DNA from: Ignavibacteria bacterium
GTDB taxonomy: Bacteria > Bacteroidota > Ignavibacteria > Kapaibacteriales > UBA4661
Direction of reading: 5' to 3'
Assembly: GCA_013298775.1 (NCBI GenBank)
Contig: JAAFIV010000019.1
Location: 25,290-89,289 of the forward strand
DNA length: 64,000 nucleotides
Shown: piece by piece, positions 62,655-64,000 of the stretch
Position numbering within the stretch: the first letter of the stretch is position 1
How the letters are laid out: the number at the start of each line of letters is the position of its first letter
Notes under the pieces: generated by a model
The model's input: only the letters and a program-made list of their open reading frames with translations
Told to the model about the DNA's origin: nothing
Database searches by the model: none
Translations under genes and position numbers: made by a program

Positions 62655-63395
62655 ATGCTCGGTATTCCTTGCTTTCTCGGTATTGTTCTCCTTTCCTATT
62701 GCACTGTTTTCCCTCAAGTCCGCATCATCGGCGGTCAGGGCGGAAATGTGCAGATTACAGGCGCACCACGTATTGCCAGCGAGCCAGTAAGTACGCGCCT
62801 TACAAGCGCACTCAAGCTCCCGCGTGTGAAGTACGGCGGCGGCGATTGGTACAATGATGCTTCTGCCGAAGTAAATGTGCTGCGCTTTTTTCAAGAGCAG
62901 ACGGGAATCGAGACTGCGCCTGTCTTCGAGGCAGTGGATTTATCCTCCGATAACGTTTTTCTCTACCCTGTTCTGTTTCTCACCGGACACGGCACCGTGA
63001 ATTTCTCCGACCGCGAAGTGCGCAATCTCCGTGCGTACTTGGAAAATGGCGGTTTTCTGTACATTGACGATGATTACGGCATGAATGCGTCCATTCGCAA
63101 GGAAATGCAAAAGATTTTCCCCGAACAAAAATTTGCCGAACTGCCTTTCTCGCACGGCTTATATTCGAGCTTTTTCAAATTCCAAAACGGTGTTCCGAAA
63201 ACCCATGAACACGATAACAAGCCGCCACAAGGCTTTGGACTGTTCCACAAAGGGCGACTCTGCGTCTATTACACCTACGAAAGCAATCCCAGCGACGGCT
63301 GGGCAGATAAAGATGTCCACAACGACCCGCCTGAAAAACGCTTGGAAGCATTGAAGTTTGGCGTAAATATCCTTGTTTGGGCTTTGACGCATTGA
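62655..63395 (+). CDS. DUF4159 domain protein
   Basis: KYGGGDWY, YPVLFLTGHG, YLENGGFLYIDDDYG, PKTHEHD, DGWAD. Confidence 0.88.
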   Translation: MLGIPCFLGIVLLSYCTVFPQVRIIGGQGGNVQITGAPRIASEPVSTRLTSALKLPRVKYGGGDWYNDASAEVNVLRFFQEQTGIETAPVFEAVDLSSDNVFLYPVLFLTGHGTVNFSDREVRNLRAYLENGGFLYIDDDYGMNASIRKEMQKIFPEQKFAELPFSHGLYSSFFKFQNGVPKTHEHDNKPPQGFGLFHKGRLCVYYTYESNPSDGWADKDVHNDPPEKRLEALKFGVNILVWALTH

Positions 63396-63486
63396 GAGCA
63401 GAACGATGTACTTTGCTTTGCCTCGTCTTTATTCTCATGTCTCTTCCCCTTTTGCATACCATTTGCTCACCGTTTGATATTGCACC

Positions 63487-64000
63487 ATGACTGCACTTTC
63501 TTTTCTTGATTTTCTCCGCACGCGCCTTTTGAAGCCGCTTCCAGGCTACGAAGGACAACGCCTTATGGCTCCCTTCGCAAAAACAATTTATGAATTGCCA
63601 ACCGATATTGACACCTACAAACAAAGTGCGGTGCTGGCATTGCTTGTAGAGAAACATCAAAATGTCTCAAAAGCCGCATCAGAGCTTGAGTTGGTCTTTA
63701 CCGTGCGGAGTAGCGAGTTGCGCAATCATAGCGGGCAAATTAGTTTTCCAGGCGGACGCAGCGAAGAAGGCGAAACTGTCCGCGAAACGGCTCTACGCGA
63801 GACCTGCGAGGAAATCTCGGTTTCCAAAACACAGATAGAAATTTTAGGCGAATTGAGTTCGCTCTACGTTCCCGTCTCGAAAAGCATGATTTATCCTGTG
63901 TTGGGCTATTTCACATCCGCAGAATTTTCGCCGCGCCCGAATGCGTCCGAAGTAGAGGAAATCTTCACCGTGCCGCTCCACGCCTTGCTCGACCCGAACA
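63487..64000 (+). CDS. Nudix CoA pyrophosphatase (truncated at window end)
   Basis: Manual translation: SAVLALL, TVRSSELRNHSGQISFPGGRSEEGETVRETALRETCEEI, PNASEVEEIFTVPL. Confidence 0.9.
   Translation, partial: MTALSFLDFLRTRLLKPLPGYEGQRLMAPFAKTIYELPTDIDTYKQSAVLALLVEKHQNVSKAASELELVFTVRSSELRNHSGQISFPGGRSEEGETVRETALRETCEEISVSKTQIEILGELSSLYVPVSKSMIYPVLGYFTSAEFSPRPNASEVEEIFTVPLHALLDPN

Overview
A roughly 48-50% GC bacterial chromosomal window of mostly housekeeping genes. The Oar-like TonB receptor, a T9SS-type C-terminal domain and TAnnTTTG promoter motifs point to the Bacteroidota/Chlorobiota group, possibly Ca. Kapabacteria or Ignavibacteria (inference). Recognisable genes include hflX, truA, topA, murC, mutS, uvrA, pbpC, gyrA, hisH and ilvE, plus three histidine kinases, peptidases, transporters and a PIN toxin-antitoxin pair. 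I found no rRNA, tRNA, CRISPR array or intact transposase. The main unexplained signal is intergenic: at least five families of palindromic repeats (A-E, about 24 copies). Several are wrapped in about 140-220 bp MITE-like shells whose ends resemble different DDE IS families: IS66-like with perfect 8-bp target duplications, IS4-like with a 10-bp duplication, IS1595-like, and one unassigned. They nest inside each other, and family B shows clear compensatory base changes. Other notable items: a tandem pair of alternative small-gene cassettes bounded by duplicated kinase 3' and murC 5' ends, an in-frame heptamer-repeat palindrome in mutS next to the clamp-binding motif, a PIN toxin with Arg at a catalytic Asp position, an amber-interrupted membrane ORF, and an IS3 orfA remnant. 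All family assignments come from motif recognition by eye, not database searches.
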